A DNA stretch of 64,000 nucleotides, taken from assembly GCA_046757165.1 (NCBI GenBank), contig JBHHXT010000001.1, positions 65,989 to 129,988 on the forward strand, read 5' to 3'. Both the position numbers and the translations under genes were made by a program. The DNA comes from a bacterium (GTDB lineage: Bacteria; Zhuqueibacterota; Zhuqueibacteria; Oceanimicrobiales; Oceanimicrobiaceae). Under the pieces are notes generated by a model. That model was not told the origin of the DNA. It worked only from the letters and a program-made list of their open reading frames with translations, and ran no database searches. Positions within the stretch are counted from its first letter, which is position 1, and each line of letters opens with the position of its first letter. This document shows positions 56,907 through 64,000 of this stretch, one piece after another.

Positions 56907-57599
56907 CTACTCTCTTCGACCTAACACCGTTTCCGCGAACTGCAAATCCGCCGGAACCGTTATTTTGATATTCTCATCCTCACCTCGAACAATTTTTACG
57001 GCGTGCCCGGACATTTCCACCAGGGCAGAGTCATCCGTCTTGTAAATACCTCTTGCACGAGCATCATCGTAGGCTGCGCGGAGAATATCGACTCGAAAGC
57101 CTTGTGGCGTTTGCACACACCAGAGCGTGTCTCGGTTCAGGGTTGTCGCAACATACTCTTGCTCTGCCACTTTGATCGTGTCCTTGGGCGGGACGGCCAG
57201 GATGGCCGCACCAACTTCCTGGCAGGCCTGAATCACTTCTTCTATCTTGCCGACAGAAACTAAAGGCCGCACGGCATCGTGCACCAGGACGACCTCCGTC
57301 CCGTTGTCCAGAGCTTGCAGGCCATTATAAACGGAATCCTGTCGCTCTTTTCCACCCGCAACGATCTTTTTGATTTTTGTAAAATGATAGCGATCGGAAA
57401 TTTCCTGCGCGGTGTACGCCAGCCACTCTGTTGCAGTAATCAAGATGATTTCGTCAACCAGAGAGCAGTCCTCAAATCTTCGCAGCGTATGGTAGAGAAC
57501 GGGTTTGCCGTGCAGCAGTTGAAACTGCTTGGGCACGTTGCCACCCATTCGATGCCCGCGACCGCCCGCAACTATGATAGCTGAGATTCTCAAGGCCAT
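56907..57599 (-). CDS. ispD: 2-C-methyl-D-erythritol 4-phosphate cytidylyltransferase
   Basis: AGGRGHRM..PKQF, VHDAVRP, VQTPQGF, NIKIT. Confidence 0.98.
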   Translation of the reverse strand: MALRISAIIVAGGRGHRMGGNVPKQFQLLHGKPVLYHTLRRFEDCSLVDEIILITATEWLAYTAQEISDRYHFTKIKKIVAGGKERQDSVYNGLQALDNGTEVVLVHDAVRPLVSVGKIEEVIQACQEVGAAILAVPPKDTIKVAEQEYVATTLNRDTLWCVQTPQGFRVDILRAAYDDARARGIYKTDDSALVEMSGHAVKIVRGEDENIKITVPADLQFAETVLGRRE

Positions 57600-57610
57600 C
57601 CTGGCGTTGG

Positions 57611-58639
57611 TTACGTGATGAGCATGGCGTCGCCGTAGCTATAGAAATTGAACTTCTCGCGAATCGCCTTGCGGTATGCTTTGAACACAAAATCACGGCC
57701 GCCAAAGGCACAGGTCAACATCAGCAGGGTTGAGTTCGGTAGATGGAGATTCGTAATCAAACAGTCCACGATCTTGAACTCGTACGGCGGATAGATGAAC
57801 TTGTCGGTCCATCCTTTTGCCGCTTTCGTCCAGCCTTCAGAGGTCACCGCTGTCTCCAGGGTACGTGTTGTGCTGGTTCCAACGGCAAAAACACGCCCAC
57901 CTTCTTTGCGGGTCTGGTTGATTGCTTCCGCGGTTTCTTCGTAAACCTCGCAATACTCTGAATCCATTTTGTGGCGGCTGAGGTCTTCCACGACCACCGG
58001 TCTGAAGCTACCCAATCCCAGGTGCAGAACGACAGGGATGATTTTGACGCCTTTTTGTTCGATTTTCTTCAGCAGTGCTTCGCTGAAGTGCAGCCCCGCA
58101 GTCGGCGCCGCGACCGCGCCTCTTACTTTTGCATAAACCGTCTGATACCGCTTCTTGTCCAGCGGTTCAGGCTCGCGGTCAATGTAGGGCGGAAGCGGCG
58201 ACTGCCCAATCTTGTCAACAATCTCAAAAAAGTCGCCATCGAAATTGAATCGTACGACGCGACCTCCAGAAACCGTGTTATCTATCACATCGCAGAACAG
58301 CTTGTCGTTGACCGAGAGCCGGTTGCCAACCCGCACCTTACGCGCTGGTTTAACAAGCACCTCCCATAGCCCGCTTTCCAGTTCTCGCAGCAGGAAAATC
58401 TCGACTTGAGCATCGGTCTTGTCTTTTGTTCCCATCAATCGTGCCGGGAAAACCCGGGTCTCGTTGACAACCAGGCAATCACCTTCCTTGAAATAGTCTA
58501 TGATATCTGAAAAAAGTCTCCGTTCCATGGTCTGCTTTTCGCGGTTCAGGACCATGAGATTGGACTTATCCCGCTTCTCACTCGGGTATTGAGCAACTAA
58601 TTTTTCTGGCAATTTGTACTTGAAATCAGAAAGCTTCAT
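57611..58639 (-). CDS. queA: S-adenosylmethionine:tRNA ribosyltransferase-isomerase
   Basis: PLPPYI, YQTVYA..AVAAPTAGLHF, YSYGDAM. Confidence 0.98.
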   Translation of the reverse strand: MKLSDFKYKLPEKLVAQYPSEKRDKSNLMVLNREKQTMERRLFSDIIDYFKEGDCLVVNETRVFPARLMGTKDKTDAQVEIFLLRELESGLWEVLVKPARKVRVGNRLSVNDKLFCDVIDNTVSGGRVVRFNFDGDFFEIVDKIGQSPLPPYIDREPEPLDKKRYQTVYAKVRGAVAAPTAGLHFSEALLKKIEQKGVKIIPVVLHLGLGSFRPVVVEDLSRHKMDSEYCEVYEETAEAINQTRKEGGRVFAVGTSTTRTLETAVTSEGWTKAAKGWTDKFIYPPYEFKIVDCLITNLHLPNSTLLMLTCAFGGRDFVFKAYRKAIREKFNFYSYGDAMLIT

Positions 58640-58682
58640 TTAGCTACTCCCATTCACTTTGAAGTTATTTTCAGTTTCCAGT

Positions 58683-59708
58683 TCAAAACAATTTCTCCTG
58701 TTTAAACCTCTTTCCTTTGCTGATGCCGAAATGACGGTAAGTCAATTCAGTGACTACGCGTCCGCGCGGCGTCCGCTGCAAAAGACCTTCCTGAATCAGA
58801 TAGGGTTCATAGATCTCTTCGAGTGTTTCACCCTGCTCGCCGATCGCAACGGCCAGGGTACTAATGCCAACCGGCCCGCCGTTGAACTTTTCAACCATGA
58901 CTCTCAAGATCCGTTTATCCATTTCGTCCAGACCTAAGCGGTCCACATCCAGGCGATTCAGGGAGGCTTCCGCCACTTCCTTACTGATGACCCCATTGCC
59001 CTCCACTTGCGCGAAATCGCGAATCCGCCGCAGCAGCCGGTTGGCGATGCGTGCGGTGCCCCTCGAGCGCTGCGCAATCTCAAAGCCAGCATCTTCATCC
59101 ATTTCCACTTCCAGGATGTGCGCGGAACGCTGAATAATCTTCTGAAGCTGCTCGGGTTTGTAGAAATCCAGACGATTCACCACGCCAAAACGCGAGCGCA
59201 AGGGCGAGGTCAAAAGTCCCGCACGCGTGGTGGCCCCAACCAGGGTGAATTTCGGCAACTGGATCTGAATCGTCCTGGCGTTGGCGCCCCTGTCGATGAT
59301 GATATCCAGCTTGTAATCCTCCATCGCCGGGTAGAGGTACTCCTCGATCACCCGGTTCAGGCGGTGAATTTCATCGATGAACAAGACATCGTGCTCGCCC
59401 AGATTCGTGAGCAGGCCAGCTAAATCCGCCGGCTTATCGAGCGCCGGCCCGGAAGTCACCTTGATGTTGACGGTCAGCTCATTGGCAATGATATGGGCCA
59501 GCGTGGTTTTGCCCAGGCCAGGGGGGCCGTAAAACAGCACATGGTCCAGCGCTTCACTTCTCGCCCGGGCCGCATCGATGAAGATGCGAAGATTCTCTTT
59601 GATGGTATCCTGTCCGACAAAATCGTCGAACCCCTGCGGCCGCAAAGTCTTGTCAAACTCTCGTTCGCCCGCTATCGGCTCGGGAATTGTATTGCGCTCC
59701 TCGTCCAT
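58683..59708 (-). CDS. ruvB: Holliday junction branch migration helicase RuvB
   Basis: [32 protein letters not shown]. Confidence 0.99.
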   Translation of the reverse strand: MDEERNTIPEPIAGEREFDKTLRPQGFDDFVGQDTIKENLRIFIDAARARSEALDHVLFYGPPGLGKTTLAHIIANELTVNIKVTSGPALDKPADLAGLLTNLGEHDVLFIDEIHRLNRVIEEYLYPAMEDYKLDIIIDRGANARTIQIQLPKFTLVGATTRAGLLTSPLRSRFGVVNRLDFYKPEQLQKIIQRSAHILEVEMDEDAGFEIAQRSRGTARIANRLLRRIRDFAQVEGNGVISKEVAEASLNRLDVDRLGLDEMDKRILRVMVEKFNGGPVGISTLAVAIGEQGETLEEIYEPYLIQEGLLQRTPRGRVVTELTYRHFGISKGKRFKQEKLF

Positions 59709-59723
59709 CCAAGACTCGTGAGA

Positions 59724-60317
59724 TTATGATTTTTGCAAAGCCCGCCGGATCAACTCATCCAGCGGTAAATCCGCCTGCTCGGCGAGATTCTTTGAAACAC
59801 TTCGTTCAGCCTCTGCCCTTGAAACGCCCAAAGAAACCAGCGCCAAAACCGCCTCCTCCAGGCGGGGCAAATCACCTTTCGAGACACCCGCTGCCGGCTC
59901 GCGGCCCGGTTCAAGTTCCCCAAGCTTGTCCCTGAGCTCCAAACTCAACCTCTGTGCCGTCTTTTTCCCGATACCCGGCAGCTTGCTCAACCGGTCGATC
60001 TCGCCGTTAACGATAAACCGCACCAGTTGGTCAAGAGGGCAACCAGACAACACCCCGAGGGCCAGCTTCGGGCCGATGCCCGAAACGGAGATCAACTTCC
60101 TGAACATCCATTTTTCCTTTTGCGTGGCGAAGCCAAACAAAAGCAAGGTATCTTCTCTTACATGTTGATAGGTCAGCAGCTTCGCCCGCTCTCCGACTTC
60201 TTTCAACAGCTCGAATGTCGATATGGGCACGAGTAGCTCATATCCGACCCCCTGCACGTCCAGGACAACACGGGTTGGCGTTTTCTCCGCAATCTGCCCT
60301 TCCAGATGGGCGATCAT
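59724..60317 (-). CDS. ruvA: Holliday junction branch migration protein RuvA
   Basis: MIAHLEG, GVGY, HVRED, SGIGPKLA, PGIGKKTA; start reset to ATG 60317. Confidence 0.98.
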   Translation of the reverse strand: MIAHLEGQIAEKTPTRVVLDVQGVGYELLVPISTFELLKEVGERAKLLTYQHVREDTLLLFGFATQKEKWMFRKLISVSGIGPKLALGVLSGCPLDQLVRFIVNGEIDRLSKLPGIGKKTAQRLSLELRDKLGELEPGREPAAGVSKGDLPRLEEAVLALVSLGVSRAEAERSVSKNLAEQADLPLDELIRRALQKS

Positions 60318-60793
60318 ATTTTGCTTTCCACCCGATGCATGTGGCACAACGCAACGGCCAGCGCGTCTGACGCATCCAGGGGTTCAGGCACCTGCCGCAA
60401 ATGCAAAAGGTGACACAGCATTCTCTGCACCTGCTCCTTTGAAGCCGCACCATTACCAACGATGGCTTGCTTGATTTCTCTCGGAGTATATTCCACGGCG
60501 GGAATTTGATGATTCACCGCAGCAACGATGGCCACGCCTCGAGCATGACCCATCTTGATTGCCACTTTTGGGTTCTTGGCGTAAAACAAACTCTCAATCG
60601 CAAACTCATCCGGCAGGAAATGCTCAACTAGCCTCACCACTTCGTCATAGATTTTTTTCAGCCGCAGCGGAAACGCCTCTTTCGATGACAGCCTCAAACA
60701 ACCGTAATCTAAAACGCGGGGCTCCCTACCATTTCTCTCGATAACACCAAACCCCATAATCAGTGTGCCCGGGTCGAGGCCGAGAACGCGCAT
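60314..60793 (-). CDS. ruvC: Crossover junction endodeoxyribonuclease RuvC
   Basis: LGLDPG, AIE..F, GHARG, DASDALAVALCH. Confidence 0.98.
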   Translation of the reverse strand: MRVLGLDPGTLIMGFGVIERNGREPRVLDYGCLRLSSKEAFPLRLKKIYDEVVRLVEHFLPDEFAIESLFYAKNPKVAIKMGHARGVAIVAAVNHQIPAVEYTPREIKQAIVGNGAASKEQVQRMLCHLLHLRQVPEPLDASDALAVALCHMHRVESKI

Positions 60794-60807
60794 CTCCTTG
60801 CGATCCT

Positions 60808-61557
60808 TTATGATTCCATTTGCTCCATAACCGACATATCGATGTCAAAATTCGAATAGATTTGCTGCACGTCGTCATGGTCTTCCAGCAAGTCCAGGAG
60901 CTTCAAAAGCTGCTCCGCCTCTTTGCCTTCGACTTTAACGGTGTTCTTGGGATACATCGTCAGGCCATAAGATTCAATCTTGATGTTGTTTGACTCCAGG
61001 GCTTCTCGAATCTTTTCCAGATCATCTGTCGATGAGGTGATTTCAAAAAACTCATCATCGGTGCGCAAGTCATCGCCCCCTGCATCCATGACAATCATCA
61101 ACAACTCTTCCTCATCCACGCCCTCATTGGGTACGGTAATCAGGCCCTTTTTCTCGAACATCCACGCCACTGCTCCAGACTCTGCCAGGTTCCCCCCATG
61201 TTTGCTCAAAAGGTGTCGCACATCTGCTACGGTTCGATTTCGATTGTCAGTCAGAATATCGATGTAAAACGCCACCCCTGCGGGGCCATATCCTTCCAGA
61301 ATCCCCCCTTCATAGGTTACGCCAGGCAGCTCGCCTGTTCCCTTTTTGATGGCTCGTTCAATGTTGGCCGTCGGCATGTTCGCGGTCCTGGCCGCTGCAA
61401 TCGCAGATCGCAACCTGGGATTCGCCATCTCATCCCCTCCTGCTTCTCTTGCCGCAATGGTAATCTCCTTGATCAGACGTGTGAAGGCCTTGCCCCGTTC
61501 GGCGTCGACCTTCGCCTTCTTGCGTTTGATCGTGCTCCACTTAGAATGACCTGACAT
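60808..61557 (-). CDS. yebC: YebC/PmpR family regulator
   Basis: MSGHSKWSTIKRKK, NPRLR, EGYGPAG, TDNRNRT. Confidence 0.96.
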   Translation of the reverse strand: MSGHSKWSTIKRKKAKVDAERGKAFTRLIKEITIAAREAGGDEMANPRLRSAIAAARTANMPTANIERAIKKGTGELPGVTYEGGILEGYGPAGVAFYIDILTDNRNRTVADVRHLLSKHGGNLAESGAVAWMFEKKGLITVPNEGVDEEELLMIVMDAGGDDLRTDDEFFEITSSTDDLEKIREALESNNIKIESYGLTMYPKNTVKVEGKEAEQLLKLLDLLEDHDDVQQIYSNFDIDMSVMEQMES

Positions 61558-61581
61558 AAGACCCTCCAAATGTTAACCTTA

Positions 61582-61610
61582 AATATAATGAATTTTTGGT
61601 CGCAATCCAA
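61582..61610 (-). promoter_or_regulatory. sigma70-type promoter for yebC-ruvCAB operon
   Basis: Minus strand TTGGAT-17 nt-TATATT. Confidence 0.6.
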
Positions 61611-61680
61611 ACTAATTATTAGGCGAGAGAGGATTTCCCACTCTTTGTACCGTTAGCCGACAACAATTGTGTCTTGTTAA

Positions 61681-61711
61681 CAAATCCGTGCCCATTCGTG
61701 CAAATTCGTGG
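61681..61711. repeat. Three tandem 10-nt units (AT(C/T)CGTG core)
   Basis: caaatccgtg-cccattcgtg-caaattcgtg. Confidence 0.75.
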
Positions 61712-61818
61712 CTTAATCAACTCGTTGCGGCCGAACATCGCGCCTTTCTTGCGGGCTTGTCCAGTTCAGGAGATTTTCTTGAGAGAATTTACTCCTTCGA
61801 GATTTCTATTTCTAATAA

Positions 61819-62289
61819 CCAGCCATCCTCGACAAACATCTAGCCGCAAGAACCGGATATAAGACGCCGGGGCGAGAACACAACAGGACTCTTTCGTCGC
61901 GAAGAACACGCGGCAAGTTCTCGGCATCGGTGGAAGGCACATCACCTGAACGAAGGGATTTACGATGTCTCTGAAGGAGAAAAGGTTGCCGCACCCGAAA
62001 CCCTTGCCCTGGCGAAGGCTCAGCTCTCCTCCCTGGAGAATCCGGTGCAGGCCACAGGGCTAAGAGTTTACGACGCCAGCTCCGAGACTATATCGGCAAG
62101 CTCGAGAGCGTGGATATGAAGAAGCGCATGTGCATCATCAAAGGCGACTTCGGAAATGAATTACTCAAAAGCATAGACGACGTCCTCGTCGCCGAGGCAG
62201 GGGAGGCAACGATCGAGGCCGCTCCAGAAGAAAGTCCACCGGCCTCTCACTGGTGGCATATGGATCAAAAACCCAAACGGAATTCTTAG
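61819..62289 (+). pseudogene. Probable frameshifted relic of an unknown protein gene
   Basis: Protein-like segments in successive frames joined by three apparent -1 shifts; no start codon at the 5' end. Confidence 0.35.
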
Positions 62290-62324
62290 GCGCTGAGGTC
62301 GTTAAGTCTTGACGTTTCTTGCAT

Positions 62325-62363
62325 GTGCGCGCTTGGCGTAAACTTGGCGAACTCTGCGGTTAA
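62325..62363. repeat. Short tandem CTTGGCG/CTCTGCG motif cluster
   Basis: cttggcg-taaa-cttggcg-aa-ctctgcggttaa. Confidence 0.6.
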
Positions 62364-62377
62364 TTTTTGTGTTCTTG

Positions 62378-62893
62378 TTACAGGTCATCCATCCAGCGGT
62401 ACGCCTTCTTCAAATTCACCTTGGTGCGCACGACCCAGGCGTCCCGGAAGCCTTTCTGAATGGCCAGCTTCTGCAGCCTCTCCGCATCGCTCCAATTCAC
62501 AAAATCGCCAACGCGCACCTTGTAGAAGGGGGGATCGAAGATTCGGTAGATGGAGTCATTGAAGCGCAAAATAGCATCTCTCTGCACGTTCTTGGCTTCA
62601 TCGGGGTCCGTTGTCTGGACGATCTGGATGCGGTAGCCACTGCCGATGGTATCCGTGAGGGTGGTCTCGGGGCGGTCGACAATCGCGTCGATGTCGGTTT
62701 GCGACTCGTAAGCTTCCTCAATCTCGATGTCATCGTCTTTCAGATCTTCCGGGTTGAAGTCCTCACGCATGGCGCCAAAATCATTGATTTTCGGACTCTT
62801 CCGCGGTGACCGCTTCAGTTTCTGTGAGCCGCCGCAACTACTCATCCCCAGGCCCAGCAAAACCACCATAGCCAAAATCATGTTTGCTTTCAT
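62378..62893 (-). CDS. SPOR-domain lipoprotein
   Basis: Lipobox MSS-C; C-terminal GYRIQI...PFYKVRVGDF...GFRDAWVV. Confidence 0.88.
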   Translation of the reverse strand: MKANMILAMVVLLGLGMSSCGGSQKLKRSPRKSPKINDFGAMREDFNPEDLKDDDIEIEEAYESQTDIDAIVDRPETTLTDTIGSGYRIQIVQTTDPDEAKNVQRDAILRFNDSIYRIFDPPFYKVRVGDFVNWSDAERLQKLAIQKGFRDAWVVRTKVNLKKAYRWMDDL

Positions 62894-62920
62894 GTTCGTG
62901 CTTCTCCCAGAATTTACTGA

Positions 62921-63904
62921 TTAGCCTTCCTTGATCGCCTTGATCACCTCGGGCACAACATCAAAGAGGTCGCCCACGATGGCATAATCAGCGATGTCAA
63001 AAATCGGGGCGTGCGCGTCCTTGTTGACCGCAACGATGGTACCGGAATTCTTCATGCCTACGATGTGTTGGATGGCGCCCGAGATGCCAACCGCGAAGTA
63101 GAGTTTCGGCGCCACCGTCTGCCCGGAGCTGCCGATCTGACGGTCGAGCGGCAGCCAGCCATCATCACACACGGGGCGGGAGGCGGCAAGCTCGGCATTG
63201 AGCGTCTCAGCCAGCTCTTTCATCAAGTCGAGATTCTCGACTTTCTTGATCCCGCGTCCGACCGAGACAATGCGCTCGGCCTTGCTGAGGTCGACCTCCT
63301 GCTTGACCCCTTCAAAAATCTCCAGCACTTTCGTGCGAATCTCAATTTCATCAAGAGAGAGCTCTGCCTGGCGCACGGTCGCCGCTCCATCGCCCGCAGC
63401 GAGGTTGTCCGCGTTGAACGCGCCCACCTGGAAACTCACCAGATGGGGTCCATCGCCGGAAAGGGTGAAATCCGCGTCGACCTTCCCCTGAAAAACCTGC
63501 CGGACAAATACTGGCGTCTCGCCGTCCATCCTGTAGCGAACACAATCGCTGACCAGAGGTTTCTGAAGGGCAGCCGCCAGCTTTGGCGCATAATCGCGCA
63601 CCATGTAAGTATGAGTGAACAAGACATAGCCTGGATTCTCTTTCTCGATGACCTGCTCGAGGGCCGCTGAATAGCCATCCGGCGTATAGTCTGCCAGCTT
63701 CTCGTGGTCGGCAACCAGGACCTCTTTGACGCCTTTGCCAGCCAGATCTTCAGCCAGCTTACCAACGGCCTTTCCCAAAACAATCAGGGCAACTTCTCGG
63801 CCCAACTCTTTGCCCAACGCTTGGCCGGCGACGATCGCCTCCAGGGTTGAGCGGTTCAAAACGCCATCTCTTTGCTCTGCAACAACCAGAATCTCAACGC
63901 TCAT
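62921..63904 (-). CDS. etfA: Electron transfer flavoprotein alpha subunit
   Basis: [38 protein letters not shown]; start reset to ATG 63904 after AGGAG. Confidence 0.96.
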   Translation of the reverse strand: MSVEILVVAEQRDGVLNRSTLEAIVAGQALGKELGREVALIVLGKAVGKLAEDLAGKGVKEVLVADHEKLADYTPDGYSAALEQVIEKENPGYVLFTHTYMVRDYAPKLAAALQKPLVSDCVRYRMDGETPVFVRQVFQGKVDADFTLSGDGPHLVSFQVGAFNADNLAAGDGAATVRQAELSLDEIEIRTKVLEIFEGVKQEVDLSKAERIVSVGRGIKKVENLDLMKELAETLNAELAASRPVCDDGWLPLDRQIGSSGQTVAPKLYFAVGISGAIQHIVGMKNSGTIVAVNKDAHAPIFDIADYAIVGDLFDVVPEVIKAIKEG

Positions 63905-63944
63905 TTCGTGCACTCCTTTTACGCTATGAGTAGGGAGCATTTCA

Positions 63945-63996
63945 TGCAACGCTGAAGCGTCGCACTCCGAGGGGAGTGAAATGCTTCAGCATTTCA
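63945..63996. repeat. Inverted pair of REP-like palindromes (GGAG-headed)
   Basis: GGAG-TGCGACGCT-TC-AGCGTTGCA (minus) and GGAG-TGAAATGCT-TC-AGCATTTCA (plus). Confidence 0.7.
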
Positions 63997-64000
63997 ACAA

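Noticed and set aside
61681..61710. Possible CRISPR array or iterons
   Set aside because: Units are 10 nt, directly tandem with no spacers; no cas or rep gene nearby.
61972..61974. Single in-frame TGA in an otherwise open +1 frame (61819-62289), suggesting a selenoprotein
   Set aside because: No start codon or RBS at the 5' end, flanking +1 translation is not protein-like, and no convincing SECIS; the frameshifted relic explains it better.
62226..62240. GAAGAAAGTCC resembling the RNase P RNA GAGGAAAGTCC motif
   Set aside because: Imperfect match, only ~140 nt remain before the next gene, and no downstream AGAACCCGGCTTA-type partner for P4.

Overview
This 64 kb window is core housekeeping chromosome from a diderm bacterium, most likely FCB superphylum (KSB1/Calditrichota/Ignavibacteria-like; inferred from inserts in GlyA and RpoC and from the secY-map-infA order). 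All supported intact genes lie on the minus strand. In transcription order (right to left): etfA, a SPOR lipoprotein, an ~800 bp degraded/repeat-bearing gap, yebC-ruvCAB-queA-ispDF-gltX-cysS, tRNAs Thr/Tyr/Gly/Thr, rpmG, tRNA-Trp, secE-nusG-rplKAJL-rpoBC, the str/S10/spc/alpha ribosomal superoperon, hutUI, a lipoprotein + outer-membrane barrel + TPR trio, glyA-nrdR-tatC-dcd, three metallohydrolases (PHP, MBL, HD), Rne/Rng-rplU-rpmA, gatC-pyrG-lptCAB-rpoN-hslVU (hslU truncated by the window edge). No CRISPR array, prophage or transposase was seen. Best leads: (1) a contiguous DNRLRE/DUF4270-like lipoprotein, FadL-like barrel and TPR module resembling Bacteroidota-type BAM accessory subunits; (2) a riboswitch-like 5' leader of the RNase E/G gene with mutually exclusive P1 versus anti-SD pairing; (3) a structured terminator/anti-SD leader before fusA; (4) TTG start codons in 30S but not 50S ribosomal protein genes; (5) REP-like elements and a frameshifted relic gene near the right end. 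All RNA structures were paired by eye and all family calls are motif recognition, not database searches.
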